Shown piece by piece: positions 48,817-61,675 of a DNA stretch of 64,000 bases. Every line of letters starts with the position of its first letter. Position 1 is the stretch's first letter. Made by a program: the position numbers and the translations under genes. Under the pieces are notes generated by a model. It searched no databases, had not been told where the DNA came from, and saw only the letters and a program-made list of their open reading frames with translations. Source of the stretch: Paraspadella gotoi (lineage: Eukaryota; Animalia; Chaetognatha); contig CM119270.1 in assembly GCA_051294375.1 (NCBI GenBank), positions 2,294,388 through 2,358,387 on the forward strand, read 5' to 3'.

Positions 48817-51729
48817 GTTTTGCCGAGAAAAAACGCCAGGGTTCCCAGCCTTGATTCTCGCCCGCTGCTCGAGAACGGCGCCGACGGCGTTGTCCGATGC
48901 ATCTGTTATCAGGGAGAGAGCAGCGCCAGTTTTTGGATGACAAAGTAGGACTGAGTTGGCGAGCGCATCCTTGATGGCATCAAAACCTTGTTGGCAGCCA
49001 TTGGTCCACGCCAATCGTTTGGGTGTTCCCTTCAAGGCATCATGAAGGTGAAACGTTGATAATAATTGATCATCCCCAAGAATCGCTGCAGTTCCTTGTC
49101 AGTTGAAGGTGGTGCTGTTTGGCGGAGGCCTCGAACCTTTGAGGCAGGGGCTTGACGCCGGAATAGTCAACGTGGTAGCCAAGAAATTCCAATGAGTCGC
49201 GACTTTTTTCCATTCACCATGAGGCCGTTGTCTTCTAGAGCCTGGAAAACTGCCTCGAGGTCGGCTTTGTGCTGCTCTGCTGATTCGCTTGCCACCAATA
49301 TGTCATCAAGGTAAACATAAACGCGTGGGAGTTCGTCGAGGATTTCATCCATGAGACGCTGAAAATCTTTCCCAGCGTTCTTTGACCCAAAGGGTGTGCG
49401 GAGGAAAACGTACAGCCCAAAAGGCGTGATGACTGCCGTTTTGGGAACATCCTCGGGAGCGACGGGTATTTGATGGTAACCCTTAAGCAAGTCGATTTTC
49501 GAGAAGATTTTCTTGCCAGCAAGCTCGGCATTAAAATCAGCCAAGAGTTTGACGAAAATTGTCTGGGAGTTCAACTGCCTGTAATCCCCACAGATACGTC
49601 AGCCTCCATCACCTTTTGGGACGCAGTGTAGTGGTGACGACCAAAGGCTCTTGGCACGTCTTGCGACGCCAAGCTCCACCATCCTATCCAATTCCGCCTT
49701 GGCAACGGCCAGCTTCTCTGGGGAGAGACGACGAGCTCGAGCTTGACAGGGTCGGCCTTCCATGTGTCTGACGCCATGCTTCGGCTCTTTGATTTCAAAG
49801 GTTGGTGTCAGAAGAGCTGGAAATTTGTCAAGTAAGCGATAATATTGGTTGCTTTGTTCGACAAAGTTCACATGTGAAGGGGTATGCCCCAAAGATCTTG
49901 CACAAGTGATGGTTGAGAAATCCTTTAAATCAAGAAGGATCCCATTGCGGTGGTTGGGCGCCAAAAAGAATTCGGCCAACAAATCAACTCCAAGGATGCT
50001 TTGGGTCACATCGGCAAGATGTCAAAGGGAAACATGCGGGGACCCAAAGTGATTTTACGGTGTGATGTCCCATAACAGGCAATGGGTGTGCCATTTATGG
50101 CCTGGATTTGTGGACCGGAAGGTCCAGCAGCCCGTTGCTCAGGTGTTGGAGGAATGAGAGAGAGCATTTCCCTGCCATCTATGAGCCAGGCTCGCCCATC
50201 ACTGGCATCGATGACATGCAGTAAAAATGAGTCGACGGGTGAATTTCCACTTTGGCGGGGCACAGCGTTCACCTGCGCTGGCCCGCTGGGGCGTTTCCCG
50301 CCTTAAAGGGTCGCTTCTCGCCATAGCGGGCACAACCTTTGATGCAGTGGAAAGCGGCGTCGCCGTATTTCTGATGGAAATGGCAGACTGCCTTGAAATT
50401 TGTTGACGAGGCATTGGAAAGCTTTGATGGTGCTCCTGCAGTGCTAGAGGGTTGGCCTTGTCTCTGCGTGCATTTGGAATGATTGTGGCGATGGCTTTGA
50501 ACGGCGTTGACCTCATGAGAGAATTCCTCTTTGCTGGAGTCAGAGATGTAGTCTGTAGCAATCAAATTGATTGGCGCGGCTGTGTTTCGGTTGAGCAGTT
50601 TGCCATTGGCGTCAAAATGATGATCAGCAATGTCGGCCAGCTCGGCGGCTGTTGTGGACTGAGCACGGTCAATCAGATTTGCTCTAACTTCGGGAGGTAG
50701 GCCGCGCATAACCAACTCTTTTTGAATGTCATCAATGGAAATGGTTGCAGATTTCTCCACCATGCGGGCGAGGTGTTGAGATGGTTTCATACCATCGCGA
50801 CTAATCTTGGCATCAAGTAGGATCTCTGCTTAATGGCGCTTGGTGAGACCATACTCGGCAATGAAAGCTGACCAGTTCTCCTCTGTTGGATCGCCATAAA
50901 GAAACGAATGGAATCGCGGATTCACGTCGACGGCGATCTTGGCTTCCAAGAAAGCAAACTTATCTTTGTCCGAGTATAGGCTGACTCTACCCTTCTAATC
51001 TAGATTTCAATATTTTTTTTGTCGAACGGCGGTAACTCGGGTTTCTTGGGCTTCTCACTGCGCGCCAAGACATCCTGCGCCGCTTTGGTGGCCGTCATTG
51101 CGGCGTCAAGAGTGGCGCGGAGAGGGTCGACCTCCGCCTGAGAGGGAGGTGCCTCAGCCATTTTGGCTTGGACGTCCTCAGGAGCCTCGTGGGTCGGGCA
51201 AGGAAAAACGAAAAGTTTGGGGCTTAGCGGCGTTGTTTGACTTGAGGTTGCGACTGCTCCGACTTCGTCGGCGAGTCGAGGAGACGGCGTTGAGTTGCCA
51301 CGACCGCGAGGTGAAAGAAATTGCCTGCCTGCTTGCGATTGTGCGCGGGTTGTGACGCCGGGTATGTTCAGTGGCATTGATGGGGCACTGCGGCGTCGTT
51401 TGGGCCTTATAAGTCTCAAAAGGTTGGTGGGTGCCTCGTACAGAAACAAGAGGCGCAAAAAGTTCAAGTCAGGTTTTCACCAATGTGGCGACATGTCCGG
51501 AAGTTGATCGCACTGCGCTGGCGCCAATTGATCAGAGATGTTGGCAGGTGTCGGCGTTGTCGGATCGGCGTCGTAGGCGCTGTAAAGCCGTTAGCCACTT
51601 GCTTGGCTAATTAAAAACGTTCATGAACAAAGTTTTTGTCTGTACTAAAATATGTACCTTAATAAAATAATCAAAGCATATAGATATTCAGTTGCTTTTA
51701 CCAGCAAGCATCTAGAATATCTATATTAA

Positions 51730-52320
51730 GGCGTAGTAAAATTTCTATATTTAACTTTAATTAAAATTCTAAAAGTGAGGAACGAATAACATTATACTAA
51801 TAAACATTTATGTAATAAAAAATTTATAATAAATTTTACAATTTACGCAGTAGGCCATATTTACTAGTACTAATCCAATAAATGTTAAAATTTCAAAACA
51901 GTTTTTTCTAAGATTTTTTTGTAGATTTGGATTCGTCATAAAAAGTTGATAAAAAGAAATTAACTCTTTTAGAAAAATTCCTCATTAAGTGGGTCAAAAA
52001 TTATAAAAAACTATATTTTAAGCTGAAAATTAACTTTTATATATATTAAATATAGTTTTTTTAATTTTAACCCACTTAATGAAAGAATTCCAAAATGATT
52101 TATATATTCTTTTATCAACTTTTGACGAGGAATTCAAATCTGCATCAAAATTAAAAAAGCCTATTTTAAATTTTTCAATTTTATAAGAATAGTACTAATA
52201 TAAATATAGCCTACTGCGAAAATTGAAGAACATAAATTAATTTTTTACAAATTAATGTTTACTAAGGTATGTTGTTCATAATTGACATTTAGAATTTTTG
52301 TATATAACTTTCACTACGCC
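51730..52320. mobile_element. Palindromic MITE with TTAA target duplication (Kolobok-like GG..CC ends)
   Basis: TTAA-ggcgtagt ... actacgcc-TTAA; internal inverted matches cgcagtaggc/gcctactgcg and cattaagtggg/cccacttaatg. Confidence 0.75.
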
Positions 52321-53009
52321 TTAATCTATATGTACAAAACAATAATAAAATGAAATAGTAATATTAACTGTAAACAATAATCAATGTAAATAAAAATAAA
52401 TGAAGTAATAAACATCAATAAGGTGAAGAATAATATGGAGGTTTCCATAAAGAGAAAAACCATAGTACAACTGCTAGTGTACTCTATGACACTGTATGTG
52501 ATTATAGTGTTCTTTTTGTCTTCATATAGTTAAATAAACATGCTACAATAGTTATAAACAATAATGAAGATCTTATAGGTCGTCATGGCGACAATGACAA
52601 AGCCACAGCAGGTGGATCAAAGTTCCCGGGATCGAGTCCCGTTAATAACTTTTCTTTATTTGATTATAATTGTTTATTAATATAGTTTATATAAGTATGA
52701 TGAAACACGTGAGTCAGATTGGCGACTCACCCTCGCTCTTCCTGTTGGAAAGAGAAAAATGAGGATCGTAATCCCACATTATACTGGGAAGAGTTGACAA
52801 TTTGCACTATGTGCTATAAAAATATTTCCCCACTTTTCACCATCCTTTGCTTAATTATTTGATGGAATCTCTCTCTCTCTTCTTCTCTCTCTCAATATCT
52901 CTCTGGCAGTGATTTCTATTTGGGTATTTTCAATAATGAATTTGGAATTATAAACTATTATTTCTTTTTTTCCCACTGATAAATATGAAACACCCTTTAT
53001 TTAAAAAAC

Positions 53010-54909
53010 GGTTGGGTATAGTTATCTCTCTTTATAAGATAGAAGTCACTGGGTGAATTTCTATGCTTTCAAAATACGGTAAGACATGATTTCTTTTACG
53101 ACGATCAAATACGGTATCATCCTTAATTAAGAAAAACTAAAAACGATTTTTCATGGTAATACCAACTTTTAGAGATTAAAATGCTCGTAAGATCTGTCAC
53201 GTATTTAGATATAGTACTGCTTAGGCAAAAAAAGGCAGCTATAGTATATAAACTTTTTTCCTTTTTTTCTACTCCTTTACTTTCTCTTTTGAACTTTCTC
53301 TCTGTCCCTCTCTCTTTTTCTCTGTCTTTCTTCCTTTCTCTTACTTTTCTCTCCTCATAATTATCTGTGTCATCACATTTTCTTCCTTTACCTTTATTCC
53401 CTTCCGCTCTATCCTGCTTTTCTCCCCTCTCTGATTCTCTTTCTTCCTTGTTTCTTTTTTTTTTCTTAATCATTCTCGTTCTCCCTCTTCTCCTCATATA
53501 ATTTTTTTTTCCACTTGTTCTCCCTCTCCCTTCCTTTTTTTACCCATACTCTGCTTCTCTTATCTTTTTCTCCTTCTAAATAATTTTTAAAATCTTTCAA
53601 ATGTATTGTAAGAAAGAAATAGGGTAGTGCAAAATTTTAACGGAAGATTGGTTGCCTAGCAGATTTAAAAAATTGACAGATTTTTGCGGAAATCTTTTCC
53701 GCAAAAAAATGGGAGAAAAAAATGTCCTGAAGCTTCCCATTACATTAAAAGAATGCGGTTTTTTTTTAAACTTGAACATTAGTGTGTTTCTCATCTGATG
53801 AAACTATAAAATTAGTTAAAAAACGAGTTTTAGTTTTAAAAAAATGCACCTCACAAAACCTCACAAATTAAAAGTTGGCTTAAAATTTTTTTTACTGCCA
53901 AAGTATTTAATTCTAGGCGAGGTTAACCTAGGCAATGCCCGACTACAATATTTTGCCATAATTTTTTAGGTATTGGAAGCTCAGTTGAATAGGAATATTT
54001 GCTTAGAATTGTAAGTTTGTTTAACAAATTGTAATAAAAACTAAAAATGTGAGTTTTTGACTAGTCAATTTTAAAATTAATTCAAAGGCAAACAATAGAT
54101 TTTCAATTGAGTATGAACTGACTCAGAGGTAGGGAAGATAAAAAGGACCCGAAAACCGAAATAAAAATTTTTTTCTTAAACCATCTTGTCATTCAAATCT
54201 CAAGACAAAAGTCAAAATGGACAAAAATGGATATAATTCACTTTGTCGGTCCGTCGGTCCGCCCCCTCAATATTGTCGGGCACACACTTATATCACGTCA
54301 GAACATCGAATTATGATAAATTATGCAAAAAAAATGATGTCTGTCCGTCTGTCCATCCGTCCGTCCGTCCGTCCCACTTTAGCAAAAAACTCCAATTACT
54401 CGTGATTGGATGGATGGATTGGTATGAAATTTTGTGTGTGTGTAGGAAACTGTGTGATTGAGATGGATATGAAGTTTCGAGGGAATCGTTCAAGTGGAAA
54501 TTGGTTTAAATGGAAAAAACAAAAAAATATATTTCACTATTTGAACGCCAATTGCTCATGAGTGGATAGGGCAATTGACTTGAAATTTTGTATGATGGTA
54601 GGAAAGTGTGTGATTGAGCTGGATATAGAGTTTCGATAAAATTGTGCGATTGGAAATGAGTTAAAATGGAAAAAACAAAAGTCATCATTACTTGAAGTAT
54701 TTTTACTTAAATTTACTCATAATTATTATGTTTATTAAAAATTGGACAGATAAATCGAAATTGAATTTTGTGTGTGGGTAGGAAAGTATGTGATAAAGCT
54801 GGATATAAATTTTTTGATGGAATCGTAGGAGTGGAAAAGAGTTCAAATTAGAAAAGCAAAAGACACATTTATTTGAATTTTTTAAGGTTTCTTTCTCTCT
54901 ATCGCTCTC

Positions 54910-54973
<64 letters not shown>

Positions 54974-55999
54974 CAATTGATCAAATTATGCCAATTGACA
55001 AAGATATGCCAGTTGACCAAATTCTTAAAGTTGACCAAATTATGCCTGTTGACCAAATTATGCCAGTTGACCAAATTATGCCAGTTGACCAAATTATGCC
55101 AGTTGACCAAATTAGGCCAGTTGATAAAATTATGCCAGTTGACAAAATTATGCCGGTTGACCAAATTATCTTAATTGATCAAATTATGTCAGTTGACCAA
55201 ATTCAGTCAGTTGACCAATTTATGTCAGTTGACCAAATTATGTCAGTTAACCAAATTATGCAAGTTGACCAAGTTAGCTTATTACCACTTAATTATCGTG
55301 GGCAGATCCGACATTGTTTGCTCAAACTTGTTTTTATTAAAAGTAGCAAAAATGATATTGATTCTTGATTAGAAAATGCTGCAGATGATTTCAATTAATC
55401 CGTAGTCTAGCCCACTTTGTCTTCGGGTTTTAATTGAATTAATTTTATAGGTAATATTCTAGCAATATTGCAAAAAGTGGTTTTTTTACTGAATTCCTCG
55501 ATAGAATTCACTGCCTCTTCGTCTCTCTCTCCTAAGTCAATGTAAGAAATAAAGTTTGTGATTAATTTAATTGGCTGATGAAGACTCGTAATCATAGAGT
55601 CGAAACTTGTCCAATCTCACGAATTAAAAAACAATGTTGTTAACTAGGGAAAAGCATCGTTTCTAAACTATAGAGTATTTTTAAATAGATTTGGTACCGA
55701 TCGATAGGAAATTTAAAATACTATCTATATGCAAAATTTTATAAAAATCGGATAATCCGGTCAAAAGTTATGGCAATAAAACGGTCACGAAAATCGCGCT
55801 TCAAACCAATCAACTTTCGCTTAAAATCAAACTCATTTTGATCCAATAAGGATTGGAACTATGCGTAATATTAAGCTTTAAACCGATAATAGCGATTATG
55901 CGCGAACCGGGCCTCATAAGAGAAAATTGAATAATCAAAGCCCGGAAAAAAAAGAATTCTTACAAAATTAATCACAAAAATAACATTATTATAACAGAA
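53010..55999. repeat. ~3-kb segment duplicated at 56100-56214 + 61676-63348 (likely two haplotypes)
   Basis: Colinear similarity on both sides of the 100-N gap at 56000-56099. Confidence 0.85.
54232..55330 (+). mobile_element. 5'-truncated DINE-1-like element with (GATT)n and an 18-bp array; absent from the duplicate segment
   Basis: tataattcactttgtcggtccgtc ... gcagatccgacattgtttgctcaaacttg; the empty version is tataattttttattaaagtag at ~62737. Confidence 0.8.
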
Positions 56000-56214
56000 N
56001 NNNNNNNNNNNNNNNNNNNNNNNNNNNNNNNNNNNNNNNNNNNNNNNNNNNNNNNNNNNNNNNNNNNNNNNNNNNNNNNNNNNNNNNNNNNNNNNNNNNG
56101 GGTGGTTATAGTTATCTTTCTCTTTATAACATAGAAGTCCACTGGGTTAATTTCTATGCTTTCAAAATACGTAAGACATGATTTCTTTTACGACGATCAT
56201 TCCAAATACGGTAT

Positions 56215-59200
56215 TGTGGACGCAACAAGTTTCAGAGTAAGAATAATTTTTCTTCAACACGTTATAAACATAACAGTCAAAAATGCTCAGATGCTAAGTC
56301 TATTACAATGTAATTACAAAAGCGTCAACTGATTTGACCATAAAGGTCAACGTTTTGACCATAAATAAGTTGGGGGAATTGAGCAAGTAAAGTTTGGTAA
56401 GGTCATGTGGTTGACCAAGGTTGCGTGTTCTTGATTGTTCGTCCACACATCCCCCCACCAAGCCTTTGACCGGGTGGGGGATGGAAGGCTTGAGGAGTCA
56501 TTGAATTTGCGTTCGTCGTTTTCACTCGTTTTCATCGTCATCTTCCGGCGCTGAGGGGCAAAATCGTCGAAGGATGTTGATTAAGACCAGGTATTGATGC
56601 AGATTGTCGACGAGCGATTTGCGGCGTCGCGGAAAACGCGAGCGGCCGCCGCTTCTGTTTCCGGAGTGTGTTGCCGTGGCCGGCGGCTGCAGTGGTACGA
56701 CGCGGGCGACCACGTGGCGCGCCTGCGCGCGGATCGGGGGGTGCGGATTCGTCGGTGACGGCGGGTTTCAGTCGATCGATGGAGATAACTTCGACGCCGC
56801 GGCCCCGGTATTTCAATTTTGAAGTTTTTGGGCCACGATTCGAGGACGTTGTAAATGGGCCGTCATAGGGCGGTTGAGCGGTCGAATGTCATTCGCGTCG
56901 GACGTAGACGCGGTTGATGCGGCGAGTGTTCCGGGACATGAGAAAGCTGCCGCCGCATGCCAAGCGGCGGCAGCAGGCTGCAATAGAGCGACATCGTGCG
57001 CGGAGATGTCGAGGATTCGCGCAGCGAGCCGGCGTCGGCGTCAGTTGTCGGGGACCGAAGTAGCTCGCAGGAGCGTCCGCGTCTCGCACAGCGTTAATTC
57101 GCGGAGAGGCGTCGAGTCTTCTCGTTGGTGTTGCGCAGGAGACTCAAGAGAGTCCAAGGGAGTTGGCGCCAACCAGTTATTTCCAGCGGCCGGTCCGGCA
57201 GCGGGCCCGTAGGGCCGCTTTCAGCCGTCCGATGAAGTGCGCTCGACCATCCCGTTGGATTGGATGGGTGGTAGGCTGTCGTCGGTGGAAGGGTCAAAGC
57301 CGACTACCGCCGCCACTTGGCGCCACAATTCGCCATGCCATGGCGCCACGATCGGTGGTGACGACGGACGAGAACGCCAAAACGCGGAAACCAGTTTTGT
57401 AGGAAGGCAGGGCGGCGACGGAGGCGGCGGAGATGTCGGAAGCGTTTGGTGCCGCTCCGGCCAACGCGTGAAGCGCTTCAATCATCGTCAGAAGATGAGT
57501 ATGACCAGAGAACGGCTGCAGCGGCCCCACCAGATTCGATAATGAACGTGAGCGAAACGTTTGGCTGGTGGTTCAATTCTGGAGTTGGCGCGCGGACGTG
57601 GCGCTGCGTCTGGCGCGCCTGGACAAGTGTCGCATGACCCTGCCCATCGTGCCGATTCGGATGAGGCTGGATGCCATACAAAAGCGCGTCGTCACGAGCT
57701 TTTGGGTTATGCGCGAACTTCCCGGGTGGCGATGCCATGGGTGGCGTCGAAAACGCGGCCGGCGCATGACGCTGGAACCAAGTGGGCTGCTCGGGAGCCT
57801 GAGATGTCGCCAGGATGAGTGTCGTGTTGCCTGAATTGGAACGTTTTTGAACGGAGCGCCGTAATGAGGGTCGTTGAGGAGCCGCATGGGACATCGTCGT
57901 CAGGTGCTTGATCACCGCCATTGGCTCAAAGTTGACTTGGAGAGCGCCCGACGGCGGTTGACGGTGGCGGCAATGTCCTCACGCTCTTTTTGCGCATTCA
58001 ATCGCTTCAGTGTCGTTGTAGAGATTTGTCGACAGGTGGCGCGCTGACGGAGGAGTTGGCGGGCGGAAAGGGCATCGGCGACGACGTTCGCCTTCCGGCG
58101 ATATGACGGATGTTGCCGGTATATTGGCGAGCCCGCCAGTTGATAGGTTTGCCTCATGGTTGAGGCTCAGCCTTTTTTCCGCAGCGCGGCACGAGCGAGG
58201 ATGTGGTCGCTAAAAGTGTGAAACGGCGTCCTCGACTATGGCGGAAAGGCGAATTGAGGCTGTGGGCGGCGAGAAAGTCCTTGTTGAAGGGGTGGCCATT
58301 TCGTTGATTGGGTTTCAGTGGCTTTGAATGAAAACCAGCGGGCTTGCCAGTGGCCGTCGACAAGCTGTTCGAGGACGGCGCCGACGGCGACGTCAGGACG
58401 GCGTCGACTAGTGAGAGCAAGTGGAGCGCCCGTCGATCTAGGGTGGACCAGCATTGTAGAGTCGCAAGGGGCGTCCTTGATTGCCTGGAAAGCGGGCGTC
58501 TTGCGGGGCGCCCATTTTAGCGCGCGTGGGTTTTCCGCGGAGAACTTCAAAAGGGGGTCTGAGATGAGTGCGGCGTGGGGCACGAATCGCGGTTAGAGTT
58601 GAAAACCCCGAGAAGCGTTGAAAGTTCTTTTACAGTAGTGGGCATGCGCCCATCTCGCGTAGTGCCTCTACCTTTGACGGAAGTGGGCGACGCCATCTTT
58701 TGTCGACGTTGTAGCCAAGAAACTCCAGGCTGGAGGCACGAAAACGCATTTTGCGATGCGTTAACGATGCAGCCAGTTGTCGGCGAGCGCTTTGAAGACA
58801 CGCTTGAGCACCTCTGATGCTCTTTCGTGTGAGTGGGATGCCAACAAGCAGGTCACCAAGTAGACAAAGACGTGCGGGAATGCCGCTCAGGACTTGGGTC
58901 CATCATGCGTTGAAATCCGACCGGCGTTTTTCAACCCAAATGGCATGAAGAGAAACCATTAGAGGCCAAACGGCGTAATGATCGCGTTTTATGACGATCT
59001 TCTTTCGCGGACAGCGGATCTGATGATATCCCTGCAGAGGTCGATCTTCGAGAAGACTGTCTTCCCGGCGACGCTCGGCGTTGAAAGGTCATGAGGTGGC
59101 GGATCGCGGTAACGCTCATTCAACGGTACGCGTTGAGACGTCGATAGTCACAGCAAGGACGAAGAGAGCCGTCGGGTCTCCGAGTGACGTGTAGCGGCGG

Positions 59201-61675
59201 ACGCCCAGGCGGACGTTTTTGAGCGCCGGATAATCCCGAGTTCCAGCATCTCTCGAACTCAGCCTTGGCGGCAGACGAGCTGATCGGCGGGGCAAGGCGG
59301 CGCGGCACCGGGCAAATTACGGGCGGACCTTTCGTTGGAATATATGCTCGACACCGTGCTTTTGGTGGTGCCGAGTTGAAGACAAGTTTGGTAAGTTCTG
59401 GTCGCCATCAAGAAGTCCAAGTAGGCGTCGGCGAACGTGTAAGAACGCCGGGGCGGCGTTGGCGGCGTCGTGGGCTTGGCCGGAAATGACCATGTAGTCA
59501 TCGAGGTCGAGAAAGAATACGGCGTTGATGATCACGCCAAGATGGTGCTCCATCAAAAAGTCGGCGCCGAGCGAATGGGGCGTGGCGGACGTTGCTGATG
59601 ATAACGAGCATAGGGAAAAACGCGTTTTCCCAATCTAATCCCATCTCTCGGATTGCCGAAGGTTTCGATGGGCGTGTCGTTGGCGGCGCGGAGTGCGGAG
59701 GCATTGGCAGCGGCGGAGCGCCGCCTTTGACAGCGGAGCGGGGTCCGCTTTTGGCGGCGGCGCGATCGGCGGAGGAGGCGGGGATGAGCGTCGCCTCAGA
59801 ACCGCCGTCGACGAGCCCACCTCCAGGCCGGCGTACAGGGTCGCGCACAACGAAGAGTTTCGGCCGGCGAACCGCGGGCGACTATCGGCCGCGGCGTTGG
59901 CGTTTGACGGCCCATTGGGCATGGGCGCCATCGCGGTTCGTTCCCGTGGCATTTGAATGCTGTTTGGTGCCAAAGTTATAGTGTAGAAGCACTTAGGCTT
60001 CATCCCATGGGCGGTTCGCGCTGGCTGAAGCGGGGCGTCAATGTTGGGCGCCCGTGTGCTGCCCATGCGCTGCTGCATTGGGCTGTTGTGCATGGGCGCT
60101 GCTCGAGGAGGGGCGTTGTGTGGGCGTGGCGGCGGTCGTCGTACTGCGTTTGCTGTATGATGGCAGCAGTGTCGTCGTCGCTTGCCGATTCGTCTTGAAC
60201 TCCAGTGGCGCTCGTCCACTGCGACTTCGATGGAGGTGACGGCGTTCACCGCAGATGAGGGGGTGGTCAGAGCTGCGGAGAGTTGTCCGAAGGATAAAAG
60301 AACTCATCGGCATCTTAGCGATGTCGACGGCGCGTCTGTGTCCTTTCTGACGACGTGCTCTCGGACGCTCTGAGGGAGGGCGGCGGCAATATGGCCAGCC
60401 TTTATATTGTCAATTGTGAGGCCTTCAAGCGACGGCCGTCGATCGCGGAGAGGTGCTGAGAAGGTGTGACGCCTTTCAGCGTTCGTCATCTTCAGCGCCT
60501 TTGCGGCGCGCCTGTTGGCATCTTCACCATATATTTGCAAGTGGAGAGAACCAGGTTTTTATGGGCGTTTGTGGGGACCTTCTTCGAATGCGGAGGACCA
60601 TGTGGAATAAGTACGGTGGTCGGGAGATGGGAATGGGCTGAGGATTAGCGCCCTTCTTCTCGCCAGCTCGGTTTGACGCCGGTTCTGGCGCCAAATTCCA
60701 CAGCGGCTGTTGGTCGAGCCAGCTCTTCATGAGGTTGGGTCGAAGGTCGTGAGTTTTGGGTTCTCCTTCTTGCCGGGGCGCTGGAGGGAGGTCGAGGATT
60801 GGTTTGGGTTGCCCGGCGGGGGCGGCGTCGCTGGACGCCATCTCTCCACTGATGGGCGGGCAACTCCGTTGAGGTGGTGCTTGCATCCGCTGAAAGGGAG
60901 TTGGTCTTTCGATGACACGAGGGCGAGTTTTTCGTTTATTTCGAAATCATTTGGAATCAGTTTTTTCAATTGCGTCTCGGTAGATGTCGCGGATGTCGAG
61001 GCGCAGCGTCGTGGAAAGCATCGTCGCGGCCGCGCGCTGTCGGAGTGGGAGGCGTTGCGCGTTGTTACGGGCATCGTGGTTTCCTCTTCTCGGCGGGCGT
61101 GCAGGGCGTGAGACGCTGGATGATGAGGACGCGGCAATTTAAAAAAAAAAGATTTAATTGAAAATTTATTGCGTAAAAATTGATTTTATTTTTAAAAATG
61201 ATGGATTTTGAAAAGGAAAAAAAAGATATTGCGTTTGAAAAAATGATTTGAGTTGAAAACTGGTTTCAAAAAATGATTCAAATCGAGAAATGGAAAAAAA
61301 GGAAAATTATAAAAAATTAAAAAAACACGCGCAAAAGTTTGTTTCGTTTTTGTTGGCAGTTGTAGTTTTTCTTTTTTCTTTTTGTTTTTTTTTGTTTTTC
61401 GTTTTTTTTTGTTCCTTTTTTCACATCGGGCTCACCCACGTGTGGCGCAACAAAGTTTCAGAGTAAGAATAATTTATTCTTCAACAACGTTATAAACAAT
61501 AACAGTCAAAATGCTCAGATGCTAAGTCTATTACAATGGTATTACAAAGGTCAACGTTTGACCATAAAGGTCAACGTTTTTGACCATTAAATAAGTTTGG
61601 GGGAATTGAGCGACGTAAGTTTTGTCAAGGTCATGTGGTTTGACCGAGGTTGCGTGTTCTTGATGTTCGTTCACA
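56215..61675 (-). mobile_element. Full-length Ty3/Gypsy retrotransposon (indel-rich sequence)
   Basis: LTRs 56215-56449 and 61441-61675 (TG..CA); 4-bp TSD GTAT; PBS at ~61421-61438 resembling the tRNA-Trp complement; PPT at 56450-56460; PR LVDGGSEATLIP, RT LRPCCDYRRLN, RNase H VAVGAVLEQ and KANVVADALS, integrase TTAYHP.SNGMVER and ISIDRLKPA; empty site at 53114. Confidence 0.93.

Larger units (their letters stand above)
46259..51598 (-). mobile_element. Degenerate Ty3/Gypsy retrotransposon (5' LTR part, gag, PR, RT, RNase H; integrase and 3' LTR missing) with two nested insertions
   Basis: LTR edge at 51484 with adjacent TGGTGA PBS; gag 51200-50270 (VCHFHQKYGDAAFHCIKGC); PR WLIDG and ILGVDLL; RT FSKIDLLKGYHQIPV and YVYLDDILVAS (49167-49574); RNase H LITDASDNAVGAVLEQ and DRELYGAFHAIRHFR. 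Confidence 0.92.

Noticed and set aside
56347-61161. Numerous short GC-rich ORFs suggesting a gene cluster or horizontal transfer
   Set aside because: All lie between the LTRs and are fragments or antisense frames of Gypsy gag-pol.
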